Positions 1 to 11,071 are shown, numbered from the whole stretch's first letter. The stretch is 63,880 nucleotides of DNA, filler included, from Octopus bimaculoides (GCF_001194135.2; 7 parts of 6 records of this genome joined end to end with filler, not necessarily neighbours in it), one strand, 5' to 3'. Notes: generated from the letters alone by a model not told the origin. Program-made: numbers and translations.

Positions 1-129
1 GGAGAAAAATGTCATTGATAGATATATATGGCGGACATGACTTTTGTTTATTCATAACGAACATTGGGTGAGTGCGTTCTTTGTATGTAATTGAATAATA
101 AATGTAATAATTAAATTGTACAACTCGTT

Positions 130-339
130 GTGTTATCTCTTCGAGTCTTCCGAGGGAAATACAACACCCACTACACTCTTGGAGTGGCTGATGTTAGGCA
201 GGGCATCCAGCTGTAGAAACCATGCCAAATCAGATTGGAACTTGGTGCAGCCCTCCAGCTTACCAGTTTTAAGTCAAACCGTCCAACCCATGCCAGCATG
301 GAAAGTGGACATAAAATGATGATGAAGATGATGATGATT
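130..339 (+). mobile_element. SINE 3' portion (Meta-domain-like core, RTE-type (GAT)n tail)
   Basis: Core GGAGTGGCTGATGTTAGGCAGGGCATCCAGCTGTAGAAAC and tail CCAACCCATGCCAGCATGGAAAGTGGACATAAAA followed by (GAT)n. Similarity to the MetaSINE domain is from memory and unverified. Confidence 0.65.
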
Positions 340-344
340 ATCAC

Positions 345-575
345 CACTTGAAACTCTCATGAATCCTCTCGTGACAGGGTGAACTCCACAGGAGCTGGCT
401 TAGGGTGAATGCCATACATGAACAACAACCATCTTGTTCTTGGTCCATTCCTAGGCCTCCTGCCAGACAGCTTCATTTGAAACTCCGTTTTGCAGTTCTT
501 ACCTGCAGCATTCTAATTACGTCCATAGAACTGGAGCTGTGACCCTTCCATGTGGGGAAGTAGCATTTTGACCTG
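345..575 (-). mobile_element. Decayed RTE-clade LINE, C-terminal fragment
   Basis: Minus strand reads QLQFYGRN*NAAGKNCKTEFQMKLSGRRPRNGPRTRWL, matching the RTE C-terminal pattern (RxLxFYGH...GKRPRGRPRTRW); one stop codon. Confidence 0.6.
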
Positions 576-672
576 AAGAGACTAAACAAAAGAAAATGAA
601 AAACCAACAAGGGCCGTAACCATAAAAAAAATAATAATAAAAAAACAGGGATGAGACAATCCTCAGACTTAC

Positions 673-820
673 TTGTATCCCATCATCCTACAGATGACTG
701 CAGCATCTCGGTCATCCCATTCATCATCACAAACTGTACCCCAAACATTGTTGATTCTCAATTCTACGCGGCCTTCATTGAGGTGTGAGCTCCCAGCTAA
801 CCTCACGTTGTGGTCAATTA
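673..820 (-). CDS. Exon encoding N-terminal half of an SRCR domain (scavenger receptor / DMBT1 / neurotrypsin-like protein)
   Basis: Acceptor ttttctcaattcag and donor gtaagt. The 148 nt (phase 1 to phase 2) translate without stops to (V)IDHNVRLAGSSHLNEGRVELRINNVWGTVCDDEWDDRDAAVICRMMGY, with the canonical VRL..G...EGRVE...WGTVCDD.W...A.V.CR.LG pattern. Too short for the ORF track. Confidence 0.95.
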
Positions 821-856
821 CTGAATTGAGAAAACACACATGAGGATATATTGGTT

Positions 857-1200
857 TTATATATATATATTTGTAAACAAAATTAAGGGATCAGCAACAG
901 GTTGCTTCACCACATACCGAAGTTCAGAAATAATGGTGCTTACATACCAAAGGGCTTGGTAAAAATTATTTATTATTAATAAATTGATAAATTGATAATC
1001 CTTTACCCTTTTTAATTGTAATAATTATATATATATATATATATTTGTAAACAAAATTAAGGGATCAGCAACAGGTTGCTTCACCACATACTGAAGTTCA
1101 GAAATAATGGTGCTTACATACCAAAGGGCTTGGTAAAAATTATTAATTATTAATTTATTGATAAATTGATAATCCTTTACCCTTTTTAATTGTAATAATT
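857..1200. repeat. Two near-identical tandem copies of a ~172-bp unit next to a gap
   Basis: (TA)nTTTGTAAACAAAATTAAGGGATCAGCAACAGG...TTGTAATAATT occurs at ~857-1027 and ~1028-1200 with few differences (e.g. CCGA/CTGA). Either a true tandem repeat or haplotype duplication in the assembly. Confidence 0.85.
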
Positions 1201-1994
1201 ANNNNNNNNNNNNNNNNNNNNNNNNNNNNNNNNNNNNNNNNNNNNNNNNNNNNNNNNNNNNNNNNNNNNNNNNNNNNNNNNNNNNNNNNNNNNNNNNNNN
1301 NNNNNNNNNNNNNNNNNNNNNNNNNNNNNNNNNNNNNNNNNNNNNNNNNNNNNNNNNNNNNNNNNNNNNNNNNNNNNNNNNNNNNNNNNNNNNNNNNNNN
1401 NNNNNNNNNNNNNNNNNNNNNNNNNNNNNNNNNNNNNNNNNNNNNNNNNNNNNNNNNNNNNNNNNNNNNNNNNNNNNNNNNNNNNNNNNNNNNNNNNNNN
1501 NNNNNNNNNNNNNNNNNNNNNNNNNNNNNNNNNNNNNNNNNNNNNNNNNNNNNNNNNNNNNNNNNNNNNNNNNNNNNNNNNNNNNNNNNNNNNNNNNNNN
1601 NNNNNNNNNNNNNNNNNNNNNNNNNNNNNNNNNNNNNNNNNNNNNNNNNNNNNNNNNNNNNNNNNNNNNNNNNNNNNNNNNNNNNNNNNNNNNNNNNNNN
1701 NNNNNNNNNNNNNNNNNNNNNNNNNNNNNNNNNNNNNNNNNNNNNNNNNNNNNNNNNNNNNNNNNNNNNNNNNNNNNNNNNNNNNNNNNNNNNNNNNNNN
1801 NNNNNNNNNNNNNNNNNNNNNNNNNNNNNNNNNNNNNNNNNNNNNNNNNNNNNNNNNNNNNNNNNNNNNNNNNNNNNNNNNNNNNNNNNNNNNNNNNNNN
1901 NNNNNNNNNNNNNNNNNNNNNNNNNNNNNNNNNNNNNNNNNNNNNNNNNNNNNNNNNNNNNNNNNNNNNNNNNNNNNNNNNNNNNNNNNNNNNN

Positions 1995-2026
<32 letters not shown>

Positions 2027-2138
2027 TTTGAAACAAAGACTATCTTCAATTCCATGTTACACTTGTTTCATCATTAAAAAAAGAGTAGATGTGTGTGTGT
2101 GTGTGTGATTATAGAGAGACAATGTTTATGTCACCTAC

Positions 2139-2192
2139 CTCGTGGGGGTGGAGTAGTCCGAGGTGGATTCACCCTAGAATGGTTTGGTTTAC
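2139..2192 (-). CDS. Pro/Thr-rich linker exon of the same SRCR gene
   Basis: Acceptor tttttctgtatttgcag and donor gtaggt. 54 nt, phase 1-1, only one open frame: (G/S)KPNHSRVNPPRTTPPPR. Its final G joins TA of exon 673-820 to give Val in frame. Confidence 0.8.
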
Positions 2193-2227
2193 CTGCAAAT
2201 ACAGAAAAATATCATTATTACCTTATA

Positions 2228-2391
2228 GGTGCAAACATGGCTGTGTGGTAAGAAGGTTGCTTCCAAGTCACATGGTTCTCAGTTCAATCCCACTATGTGG
2301 TACGTTTGGGTAATTTTAGCTCTGCCATAGCTTTTGACTGACAAAGACTTGTGAGTAGATTTTGTGGACAGAAACTGAAAGAAGCCCATTG
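2228..2391 (+). mobile_element. tRNA-derived SINE family C
   Basis: A/B-box-like head GGCTGTGTGGTAAGAAG...GGTTCTCAGTTCAATCCC and tail GAAACTGAAAGAAGCCC ending in (TA)n; about ten copies in the window. Confidence 0.8.
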
Positions 2392-2422
2392 TATATATGT
2401 GTATATGTATGTGTGTATGTGT

Positions 2423-2704
2423 GGAGGCACAATGACCCAGTAGTTAAGGCAGCGGAATCGCGGTTTCGATTCCCAGACCGGGCGTTGTGAGTGTTTATTG
2501 AGAGAAAACACCTAAAGCTCCACGAGGCTCCGGCAGGGGATGGTGGCGAACCCTGCTGTACTCTTTCACCACAACTTTCTCTCACTCTTACTTCCTGTTT
2601 CTGTTGTGCCTGTATTTCAAAGGGGTCAGCCTTGTCACACTGTGTCACGCTGAATATCCCCGAGAACTACGTTAAGGGTACACATGTCTGTGGAGTGCTC
2701 AGCC
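2423..2704 (+). mobile_element. tRNA-derived SINE family A (resembles the octopus OR-type SINEs), cut by a gap
   Basis: Head GGAGGCACAATGACCCAGTAGTTAAGG...GGTTTCGATTCCC; body near-identical to copies at 8900 and 47192. Confidence 0.85.
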
Positions 2705-2748
2705 NNNNNNNNNNNNNNNNNNNNNNNNNNNNNNNNNNNNNNNNNNNN

Positions 2749-2760
2749 TTAATTAATTAA
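2749..2760. other. Artificial scaffold linker TTAATTAATTAA centred in 100-bp N spacers (also 9392, 15623, 25803, 34749, 62164)
   Basis: Identical palindromic 12-mer with stops in all six frames, set in the middle of N runs (44 N each side at 2705-2804), six times. Confidence 0.95.
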
Positions 2761-3235
2761 NNNNNNNNNNNNNNNNNNNNNNNNNNNNNNNNNNNNNNNN
2801 NNNNATATATATACATATATGCATATGTATGTATATACAGATATATAGAAATACATACACACATGTATATATATACACATATATATTTACATATATATCT
2901 ACACTCAGTCCCCCATATATACATATATGTATGTGTGCGTGTGTGTGTGTGTGTGTGCGTTTGTGTGTGTGTGTGTGTGCGCGGGTGTGTGTGTAGACAT
3001 CTATATGTTCACATTTGTGTATATGCATCTATATATTTGTGGTGGTGATAGGGGGGGACGTGTTTGTGTATTTGTATGACTGTACGTGCTCGAATACGAA
3101 TGGACAGGCGTGCACATGTTGGAAGAAAGACAGAAAGAAAGAACGAAAGGAAGAGAAAAATATAAAACAATGAAAAAGAAACGCGAAGAGAAACAAGGTA
3201 AAGTGGGAAAAAAAAACAGACAGACAGAAACTTAC

Positions 3236-3279
3236 TATGGGTGCTTCGATATGAGATACTGATAGTGAAATGCAGACAT
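3236..3279 (-). CDS. Candidate 44-nt exon upstream of the linker exon
   Basis: Acceptor cataatctttctag and donor gtaagt. The frame that joins the phase-1 linker exon reads CLHFTISISYRSTH, which has no recognisable domain motif. Confidence 0.35.
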
Positions 3280-3378
3280 CTAGAAAGATTATGAATAAAT
3301 TAATAAATTATACGGAGTTGATTTCTGAGTTAGATATAAATTATAGTGAGCAATGATTGGAGCCAGACAGACGCACAG

Positions 3379-3411
<33 letters not shown>

Positions 3412-3602
3412 CACACACACATAGAAACACAAATACACACACACACTCACACACATAGTCATATATAATGCTTGTTCTATAACAGACTAACTGTAATTTT
3501 CAACAATTTTTTTTTAATCTAAAAATTTCTCTCGTAAAATACTTACGCTTGAAATTTACCAGTCCATACATGCCTACCTATATACGTCCATAAGTCGAGG
3601 GT

Positions 3603-3757
3603 TGTGCGGCCGCGTGGTAGGAAGTTTGATTCGTTTCCATATGGCTTCCGGTTCAATCATATTGCTTCGCACCTTGGGCAAGTATCTTCTACTATGACCG
3701 CCAGTCAACCCAAGCTTTGTGGGAGGGTTTGATAGACAGAAACTGAAAGTAAGCCCT
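3603..3757 (+). mobile_element. SINE family C
   Basis: GGCCGCGTGGTAGGAAG head, ACCTTGGGCAAGTATCTTCTACTAT core, GAAACTGAAAG tail. Confidence 0.75.
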
Positions 3758-4293
3758 TGAGATACACTCACACAAACACACACAAACACACATATATATC
3801 GGTATGTATGTATATCAGCATATATCAGCCTTGGTTTTTTTCTATCTCATTCTGAGGGAGTTAATAATAGTGCGTGCGATAGAAGTGGTGATGTTGACGA
3901 TGTAACAGTGAAATTTGCCTCAGAACTCCGCCCCTCTCAAATAATTATAATAATTATCACCACTACTTTAATATATATAAATTTCTCAAATCTGAAAATC
4001 CCAGTTGTGGAATCGATTTTTCGAGTGATCCTACCCGCCCTTACTAATCACCTAAATTCTGTATATATTATACATATATATATATATATATANNNNNNNN
4101 NNNNNNNNNNNNNNNNNNNNNNNNNNNNNNNNNNNNNNNNNNNNNNNNNNNNNNNNNNNNNNNNNNNNNNNNNNNNNNNNNNNNNNNNNNNNNNNNNNNN
4201 NNNNNNNNNNNNNNNNNNNNNNNNNNNNNNNNNNNNNNNNNNNNNNNNNNNNNNNNNNNNNNNNNATATATATATATATATATATATATATAT

Positions 4294-4452
4294 ACGACTG
4301 GTTTCTTTCAGTTTCCGTCAACTAAATCCACTCACAAGGGTTTGGTCGCTCTGTAGTTAAAGTAGAAAATCCTTGCCCAAGATGCTACGTAGTGGGATTG
4401 ATCCCGGGACCATCTGTTTGGGAAGCAAGATTCTTACCACACAGCCACTCCT
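4294..4452 (-). mobile_element. SINE family C
   Basis: Reverse complement of the family C body, ending in (TA)n at the gap. Confidence 0.75.
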
Positions 4453-4605
4453 ATATGTAAGGCGCTACTGATGTATATTTTTCCTATTCTGAGAGATGTA
4501 GGGTTCCCTTAGTCACGATGGAGTCTAAAAAATCAAAATTGCTGTTAGGTCACATCATAATCTTCTTCATCGTTGTTATTATTGCGTGACATTGTACTTT
4601 TTGTG

Positions 4606-4829
4606 ATGAGGTTGATCTTAGGTTAGTGAAATGAAATCGATTCTGAAATAGTGAGATTGATCTTGAGTCAATGAGTTTGATCCTGGATCAGTGAAGTCGG
4701 TCCTGACCATCGAGGTTGATCCTATATCAGTGAGATTAATCTAGGGTCAGTCAGGTTGATCGTGGATCAGTGAAGATGATCCTGAGTCAGTGAGGTTAAT
4801 CCTGAATTAGTTAGGTTGGTCCTGGTTCA
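4606..4829. repeat. Degenerate 20-bp minisatellite, ~11 units (consensus GTGAGGTTGATCCTGGATCA)
   Basis: Units include GTGAGATTGATCTTGAGTCA, ATGAGTTTGATCCTGGATCA, GTCAGGTTGATCGTGGATCA, GTGAAGATGATCCTGAGTCA and GTGAGGTTAATCCTGAATTA. Confidence 0.85.
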
Positions 4830-5131
4830 GATAGATCAATGAAGCTTTTGGGATTCTGCGAGTCTGAGTTTCTTTAGTTCCATGAGGAATATATCATCCA
4901 TGTAGTCATATACTTTGAGCCTTACTTTTGTGTTAGCAGAGCGATGCTTCCATTTTGAAGTTTTTAATCCACAGATTTTCAATTCAATTTAGTATAATAT
5001 TTGCCAAATGTCCACCCTTCTCTTCTTTCACTCGACTTGTTTAGATAAAACCTCCGCACAAATTATAAACTCTCATTCTAACATACCCCCTTATCCGATG
5101 AGTCAAACGTAAGTAAAACATCATCAACATC

Positions 5132-5134
<3 letters not shown>

Positions 5135-5212
<78 letters not shown>

Positions 5213-5253
5213 GTTCAGTAGTTATTATTATTATTGTTATTATTATTATTATC

Positions 5254-5292
<39 letters not shown>

Positions 5293-5348
5293 GCTTATTA
5301 TGATCATTATTACTATTATCATATTTTTTTCTTATCATTAAGATTGTT

Positions 5349-5383
<35 letters not shown>

Positions 5384-5656
5384 TATCATCATCATCCTCT
5401 TCGTTGCCGCTGTCCTTGTCATCGTCATCATCGTCACATGATCCTCATAGTTATTATCTTCCTTGCTATCATTGCTGCTGTTTGTTGCTGTTGGCCTTTA
5501 AACATGAAGAGGATGAATGGCAGAAAGAATAGAGAAAAAGGAAAGCAAGAAAGAAAGACTGAAAGAAAACAGAGAGGGGAAATACACACACACACGCACA
5601 CACACACACACGCATACGCTCACAAATATACGCACACGCAAATACGCATAGGGATG

Positions 5657-5692
<36 letters not shown>

Positions 5693-5693
5693 T

Positions 5694-5754
<61 letters not shown>

Positions 5755-5792
5755 TACAAATAGGGGAAAGAGGCGGAGGAAGGGCTATGGAG

Positions 5793-5840
<48 letters not shown>

Positions 5841-5870
5841 CAAACAAAAGGAATCAGTGAGAGAGTGATA
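5135..5870. repeat. Compound microsatellite tract (ATT)n, (ATC)n, (CA)n, (TA)n, (GA)n
   Basis: Read directly; representative of dozens of similar tracts across the window. Confidence 0.95.
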
Positions 5871-6632
5871 TAGAGAACGTGGAGTAAATAAAGAAAGGAA
5901 ATTTGATTCAGAAGAAATACAATAAACTCAAGAAAACCGTACGGAACCAGACAGTTTTTTTTCTTTTCTTTTCAAAAAGATATGAAGAATACTATGGTAA
6001 AGGTCATGAGGTCGCAAGGTCATTGGGTGTAACAAGCTTTGGTTTTCTTTCTAGTTCCCATTTCCATTTATAGGACTTCTGATAATGGTGGGGCATAGGG
6101 TAGTAGGGGAAATCAAAAAGTATGCCAGGTTCAATCACTTGCTACATAGTGGACTCTGCTAAATGATTTCAATGTTTTCCTGGGGTTAAGTCCCATTTGT
6201 ACGCACAGTGTAATCAGAAATGAAAGGAGTGAAAGGAAATATCTCATGCTAGTGGCATGAATCTGGGTAATTAATTTGACAGTGGATATGATCACTCTTT
6301 GAATCGAACCTCCGATCTCTGGAATCGTAACGATCTTTCAGATGCGGTATTCTGGACTGATGAATTTCCAGATGCCAACATCTTGGTGACAATTGTTTAA
6401 AGTGAGGTCAGGGTGAGATTAGAACCCTGACAATTTTACCTAACACATGATCAGCATCAGGAACTTATTATCCCATTCCATCATTATTATATCCACCATC
6501 ATCATCTCTTCCACTGCCACATCTCTCACTAATATCGTTAACACTAATGGCAACAACGCCACCGTCATACCCATACAGTCACTACCTAACACCACGATAG
6601 TGGTACTCCGTCGGTTATGACGAAGAGGGTTC

Positions 6633-6780
6633 CAGTACGTAACTGGTACAAATTTAATCGACCCCCGAAAGAATGAAAGGCAAAGTCGACCTCGGCTGAA
6701 TTTGAACTCAGAACGTAACGGCAGACGAAATACCCCTAAGCATTTCGCCCGGCGTGCTAACGATTCTGCCAGCTTGCCGC
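6633..6780 (-). mobile_element. SINE family B (Deu/Nin-domain-like core GTCGACTTTGCCTTTCATCCTTTCGGGGTCGATAAA)
   Basis: Reverse complement of GGCGGCAAGCTGGCAGAATCGTTAGCACGCCGGGCGAAATG...; more than ten copies in the window. Domain assignment is from memory. Confidence 0.8.
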
Positions 6781-6788
6781 CCTTCATC

Positions 6789-6848
<60 letters not shown>

Positions 6849-6851
<3 letters not shown>

Positions 6852-7059
6852 TAGTTTTATTTTTATAGCGTGCTTTCACTTCACTACCGAGCGCAGCTCT
6901 GTGCGCCTTGGGTATGTGCTGTGGTTTGCTGTGGTGCTCTTATGTTTACTGTATTGAAAGTGTTTTGCGTAGGATGTGTGCAGTGCCCAGTAGTGCAATT
7001 TTCTGTATGTTATATATATTTGTAAGTCCTGGTGTTTTTGTTATGTATTTGTCTGAATA

Positions 7060-7063
<4 letters not shown>
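6849..7063 (-). mobile_element. R4/Dong-like RLE retrotransposon family D1, 5'-truncated 3' end embedded in (ATT)n
   Basis: Encodes KYSDKYITKTPGLTNIYNIQKIALLGTAHILRKTLSIQ* plus 3' UTR; long (ATT)n on both sides. Confidence 0.85.
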
Positions 7064-7143
<80 letters not shown>

Positions 7144-7296
7144 AAAGATTGAGGTAACTCCTCCAGAAATACTCCAAATGAAGTAGATTGGCAAAATTAT
7201 TTTGTTAACCTGTTGAAGACACACGAGATGTCAAAATATCGTTCATTAGATGACAATGGCACTTTTTTTAATTATGATATTATTATTATTATTATT

Positions 7297-7513
7297 TTAT
7301 GTTTTACTTTTGCTTTGCATTTGTACAAGTTGGATCCAAGTCTCACCTAGAGACCTCAAGAGACAACAAGTTAGAAGTTCATGTAGGTGTTATGCCTAGG
7401 GTACCATATATTTGGATCTGTACAGTTTTGTTCTAGTGAATCTTTAAGAAACCATAAGAAAATTTTGTTTGTTTTAAAATTTGAGATCACATAGACAGTA
7501 TTTTACGTAGGAT
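7297..7513 (-). mobile_element. R4/Dong-like family D2 3' UTR embedded in (ATT)n
   Basis: Reverse complement begins ATCCTACGTAAAATACTGTCTATGTG and matches the end of the element at 22630-22726; ATT repeats on both sides. Confidence 0.75.
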
Positions 7514-8023
7514 ATTATTATTATTATTATTATTATTATTGTTGTTTTAATGTCTTTTGTCTGAAATCTTTCGTCACACATCCTGTGACCTCTCCAACGA
7601 TTCTCCATCCCTCGTGTCTGCTCGTGTTCTGTTTATTTTGATTATAAATCCTTCAAACTGCGAAATAATCCCTTGACAGTTAACATCTAATTACAGCACT
7701 GTGCTATGGCTTCTACGGCTACGTATTTCTATTCTAAATATAAATCTTGTTATCGGTGACTTAATCCTTTCACGGTGCGCAGATGCAGCCAGCTCAGTAG
7801 AATCAATACTGTTCATAACGAACTAGTTTAACTAGTTTCTGGATAATGCTATCAAGGAACGAGCTAGTTGCCACAAAACCTACTGAATCAGATAAACGCT
7901 ATGGAAGGTATTCCAGATTATAAGCATGGCACTGAGGTTAAAACGTTTGCCTCACAATCATGTAGTTTGTGGGTTTGAGCACCCAACTCCGGCAACTAGA
8001 ACGGAATCTCTGTAACATTTTGA

Positions 8024-8060
<37 letters not shown>

Positions 8061-8899
8061 CTCTATCTATCTATCTAAAAAAAATCCAGAAAAGAAACAA
8101 AAAGAGAGTCACTTACTGTTATAGTATCATCAATAACAATGACAATATTGACCAAGGTTACCGTGGTCTTTTCCGTAGGCTTTTCTTTCCACGGCGAAAC
8201 CTAAACTGCCCCCCCCCCTTTTTTACACGAGAACATTACTGTGATACACGATCCCTATTGATCGCTATCTTTTTTCTCGATCCCTTTTGATCGAACTCCC
8301 CCCCCTTTATTTCCTTCCTACGATCCCTCTTGATTGACACCCCACTCTACTTTTTTTCCCTTCCCCCTCCCAAAAACAAAAGCTCTACATTGTATTTGTC
8401 CCATCTTTGTTGAGCCCTGTGTGGCTAATAAAAGAAATGTATGTATCTATCTGTCTATCTACTCCTCTGTCTGTCAGTCTTTCTATCTATCTATCTATCT
8501 ATCTATCAACTTGTGCTCATCTCTCGTTTACCTTCTCAAGATGTTTCACCTGTGCCAAGCGTACATCCCGGTCTTTCAGAGGAAGTGAGAAGTCCTACGT
8601 TCATTTCGCTGCCATCCCCCAAAATATTGTATGGTTGTGGAGCCAAGCCACGTCCAATACTTATTTTGTCACCGTCATTGTTGTCGTTGCTGCTGCTGCT
8701 GTTGGTGCTGGTGTTCAAACGATACTTTTTTTAGGGACCCCGAAACAATTTAAAGCAAATTCGACCTCGGCGGAATTTGATCTCGGAACGGAAAGACGGG
8801 TAAAGTGCGGCAACGTAATCCGTTCATCACCATAATAATTCTGGAAGATCGTGGCATTAAATAACAATACCAACAATAAGAATTACAAATTTTGGCACA

Positions 8900-9273
8900 G
8901 AGACGCAATGGCCCAGTGGTACGCAGCGTAATCGCGGTCGTAGGATGGCGGTTTTGATTCCCAGACTGGGCGTTGTGAGTGATTATGGAGCAAAAACACC
9001 TAAAGCATTACAAGGTTCTGGCAGTGGATGGTGGCAAACCCTGCTGTACTCTTTTATCACAACTTTTCCTCACTCTATCTTCCTGTTTCTGCTGTACCTA
9101 TCTTTCAATGGGCCAGCCTTGTCACACTGTGTCACGCTGACTCTCCCCGAGAACTACGTCAAGGGTACACGTGTTTGTGGAGTGCTCAGCCACTTGCACG
9201 TTAATTTCACGAGCAGACTGTTCCGTTGATCGTATCAGCTGGAACCCTCAATGTCGTAAGCGGTGAAGTGCCA
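8900..9273 (+). mobile_element. SINE family A, near full length
   Basis: A box TGGCCCAGTGG, B-box-like GGTTTTGATTCCC; body matches 2423 and 47192. Confidence 0.85.
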
Positions 9274-9570
9274 CGATGTCTTCGACCCCGAAAGAATGAA
9301 AGGCAGTGTCGATTTCGGTGGCATTTGAACTCAGACCCTTATTCCGGNNNNNNNNNNNNNNNNNNNNNNNNNNNNNNNNNNNNNNNNNNNNTTAATTAAT
9401 TAANNNNNNNNNNNNNNNNNNNNNNNNNNNNNNNNNNNNNNNNNNNNATTTATTTATTTTTTGTAAGAGGTCACCATCCTTAAACCAATTCCAGTACAAT
9501 GGTAAATGACTAAATAAATAAATAAATAAATAAATAAATGGCGAATAGGAAGGCGGATCCTCCTTCCCTC

Positions 9571-9617
<47 letters not shown>

Positions 9618-9651
9618 CAATTCTCAAAAAAAAAAACCCCAAAGAAACAGA

Positions 9652-10311
9652 CAAACCGTTGGCTTGCCGCGTCCCCAAAACATGTACCGAAGGAGATAAA
9701 AATCAAACATCCTGTCAACACCATGGTGTTTTGAGTGATCACTAGTGATGATGACGTTATTCCTCCATTCATCTTCCCACACGGCCTCAAACTCAGCGCG
9801 GAAGCCTACATCAAGTACCTGGAGGAGGTAGTGTTACCCTGGGTCAAGAGGATGGCCGCTGGAAGAGTCTATATCTGGCTATAGGTCTCGGCACCATGCC
9901 ACACAGGCAGAAGGACCCAGTCATGGCTATCAGACAATTTCTAGGACCATATCACCCCTATCTCTGGTCACCTAACTCCTCATACTGCAAACCCCTTGAT
10001 TATTATGTGTGGGGTGCAGTTGAGCGAGAGGCCAACAAAACTCTTTGTAACACCAAGGAAGAACAGATGGCATGGATTATGGCAGCATTCATCAACTTAA
10101 ACAAGGAGACTGTTTAGAAGAGTCGCAGGAGATTCCGATGTCGTCTCGAGGCTGTGGATGAAGCCAATGGTGATTTTATTGAATAAATTTAATCGTTCGT
10201 ATTTCAAGGTTTTTCTATGTAATTTTGGTAAATATATCTGTTAAAATGAGACGTCGGTGTTATTTTCATTTTTGCGTAATTTTGACGACAGTTTATTCAC
10301 CGCACTCTGTA
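9652..10311 (+). mobile_element. Tc1/mariner-superfamily (maT/DD37D-like) transposase 3' half with right TIR, pseudogenised
   Basis: Across frames: NRWLAASPKHVP...PPFIFPHGLKLSAEAYIKYLEEVVLPWVK...SAPCHTGRRTQSWLSDNF...WSPNSSYCKPLDYYVWGAVE. Ends TTTATTCACCGCACTCTG-TA. Confidence 0.85.
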
Positions 10312-10471
10312 TATACTTTTATACAACGGGCTTCGAAACAGCTTCTGTCTACCAACTTCACTCCGAAGGCCTTACAAGACACTTGCTCGAGGTGCCGCGC
10401 AGCGGAACTGAACCCAAAACCACGTTGTTACAAAACGACCCCCTTTACCCTTTTTCTTTTAATGTAATTGT

Positions 10472-10599
10472 CAATGGCGTAGCGTGAGTTATGGCTGCCC
10501 AGGTGTCAAATTTGTAACCTACTTCCTGAAATATAGCATACTTTTTATCCATAAAAAGTGGCCGCCGCGCAAAACCGCTCACCCCATGCGACATCACTG
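10472..10599. mobile_element. Possible old hAT-type MITE
   Basis: Ends CAATGGCGTAGCGTGAG and ...ATGCGACATCACTG are imperfect inverted repeats (11/17); no clear TSD. Confidence 0.3.
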
Positions 10600-10830
10600 G
10601 CAGTAGTGCCGCGGAATGGGCCGCTGCACCCAAACTAATATTTGCTGCTGGTGCTACACAACTGTTTATTTGGCGCGTATATGGCATCCTGGTATATTCG
10701 TAGGTAGCCTCGGTATCTGGAGACGGTGTCAATATCCATTGCTCATAGACGCATAGAACATCATACACAGACATACACACACACACACGCACACAAACGC
10801 ACACATGCACACGTACACGTACACACACTC

Positions 10831-10884
<54 letters not shown>

Positions 10885-11026
10885 AGCACGTGCGCGTTTT
10901 TCTTGGCCATCAGTCTAATTGAATATATTCACACTAATCATCATTTGTATTTAACAAAAGTGAAAGGTGTGTGTGTGTGTGTGAATATGTAATTACATAT
11001 TCATTGGTTTTCCATTTATCCGTTAT

Positions 11027-11071
<45 letters not shown>

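Noticed and set aside
1-75. Plus-strand open frame ending at GG|GTGAGT (possible exon of another gene)
   Set aside because: No acceptor or recognisable motif within the window; insufficient evidence.
503-590. Possible second half of the SRCR domain (GRVTAPVLWT*LECCR*E)
   Set aside because: Wrong phase for the upstream exon, two stops, and another frame fits an RTE C-terminus better.
857-1200. 172-bp duplication as a biological satellite
   Set aside because: Abuts a gap and differs at only a few sites; may be two haplotypes assembled in tandem.
1155-2055. Long ORF-track entries made of X (and all similar ones)
   Set aside because: They span N gaps and carry no coding information.
2749-2760. 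TTAATTAATTAA repeated six times, superficially like a regularly spaced motif or array
   Set aside because: Always centred in N runs; an artificial all-frame-stop scaffold linker.
4835-4990. Short minus-strand frame containing YMDDIFL (RT-like YxDD)
   Set aside because: About 50 codons with no other RT motif; chance cannot be excluded.
10445-10828. 127-aa minus-strand ORF over a GC-richer patch
   Set aside because: Starts in a (TG)n microsatellite, has no domain motif or convincing splice sites, and overlaps a probable MITE.
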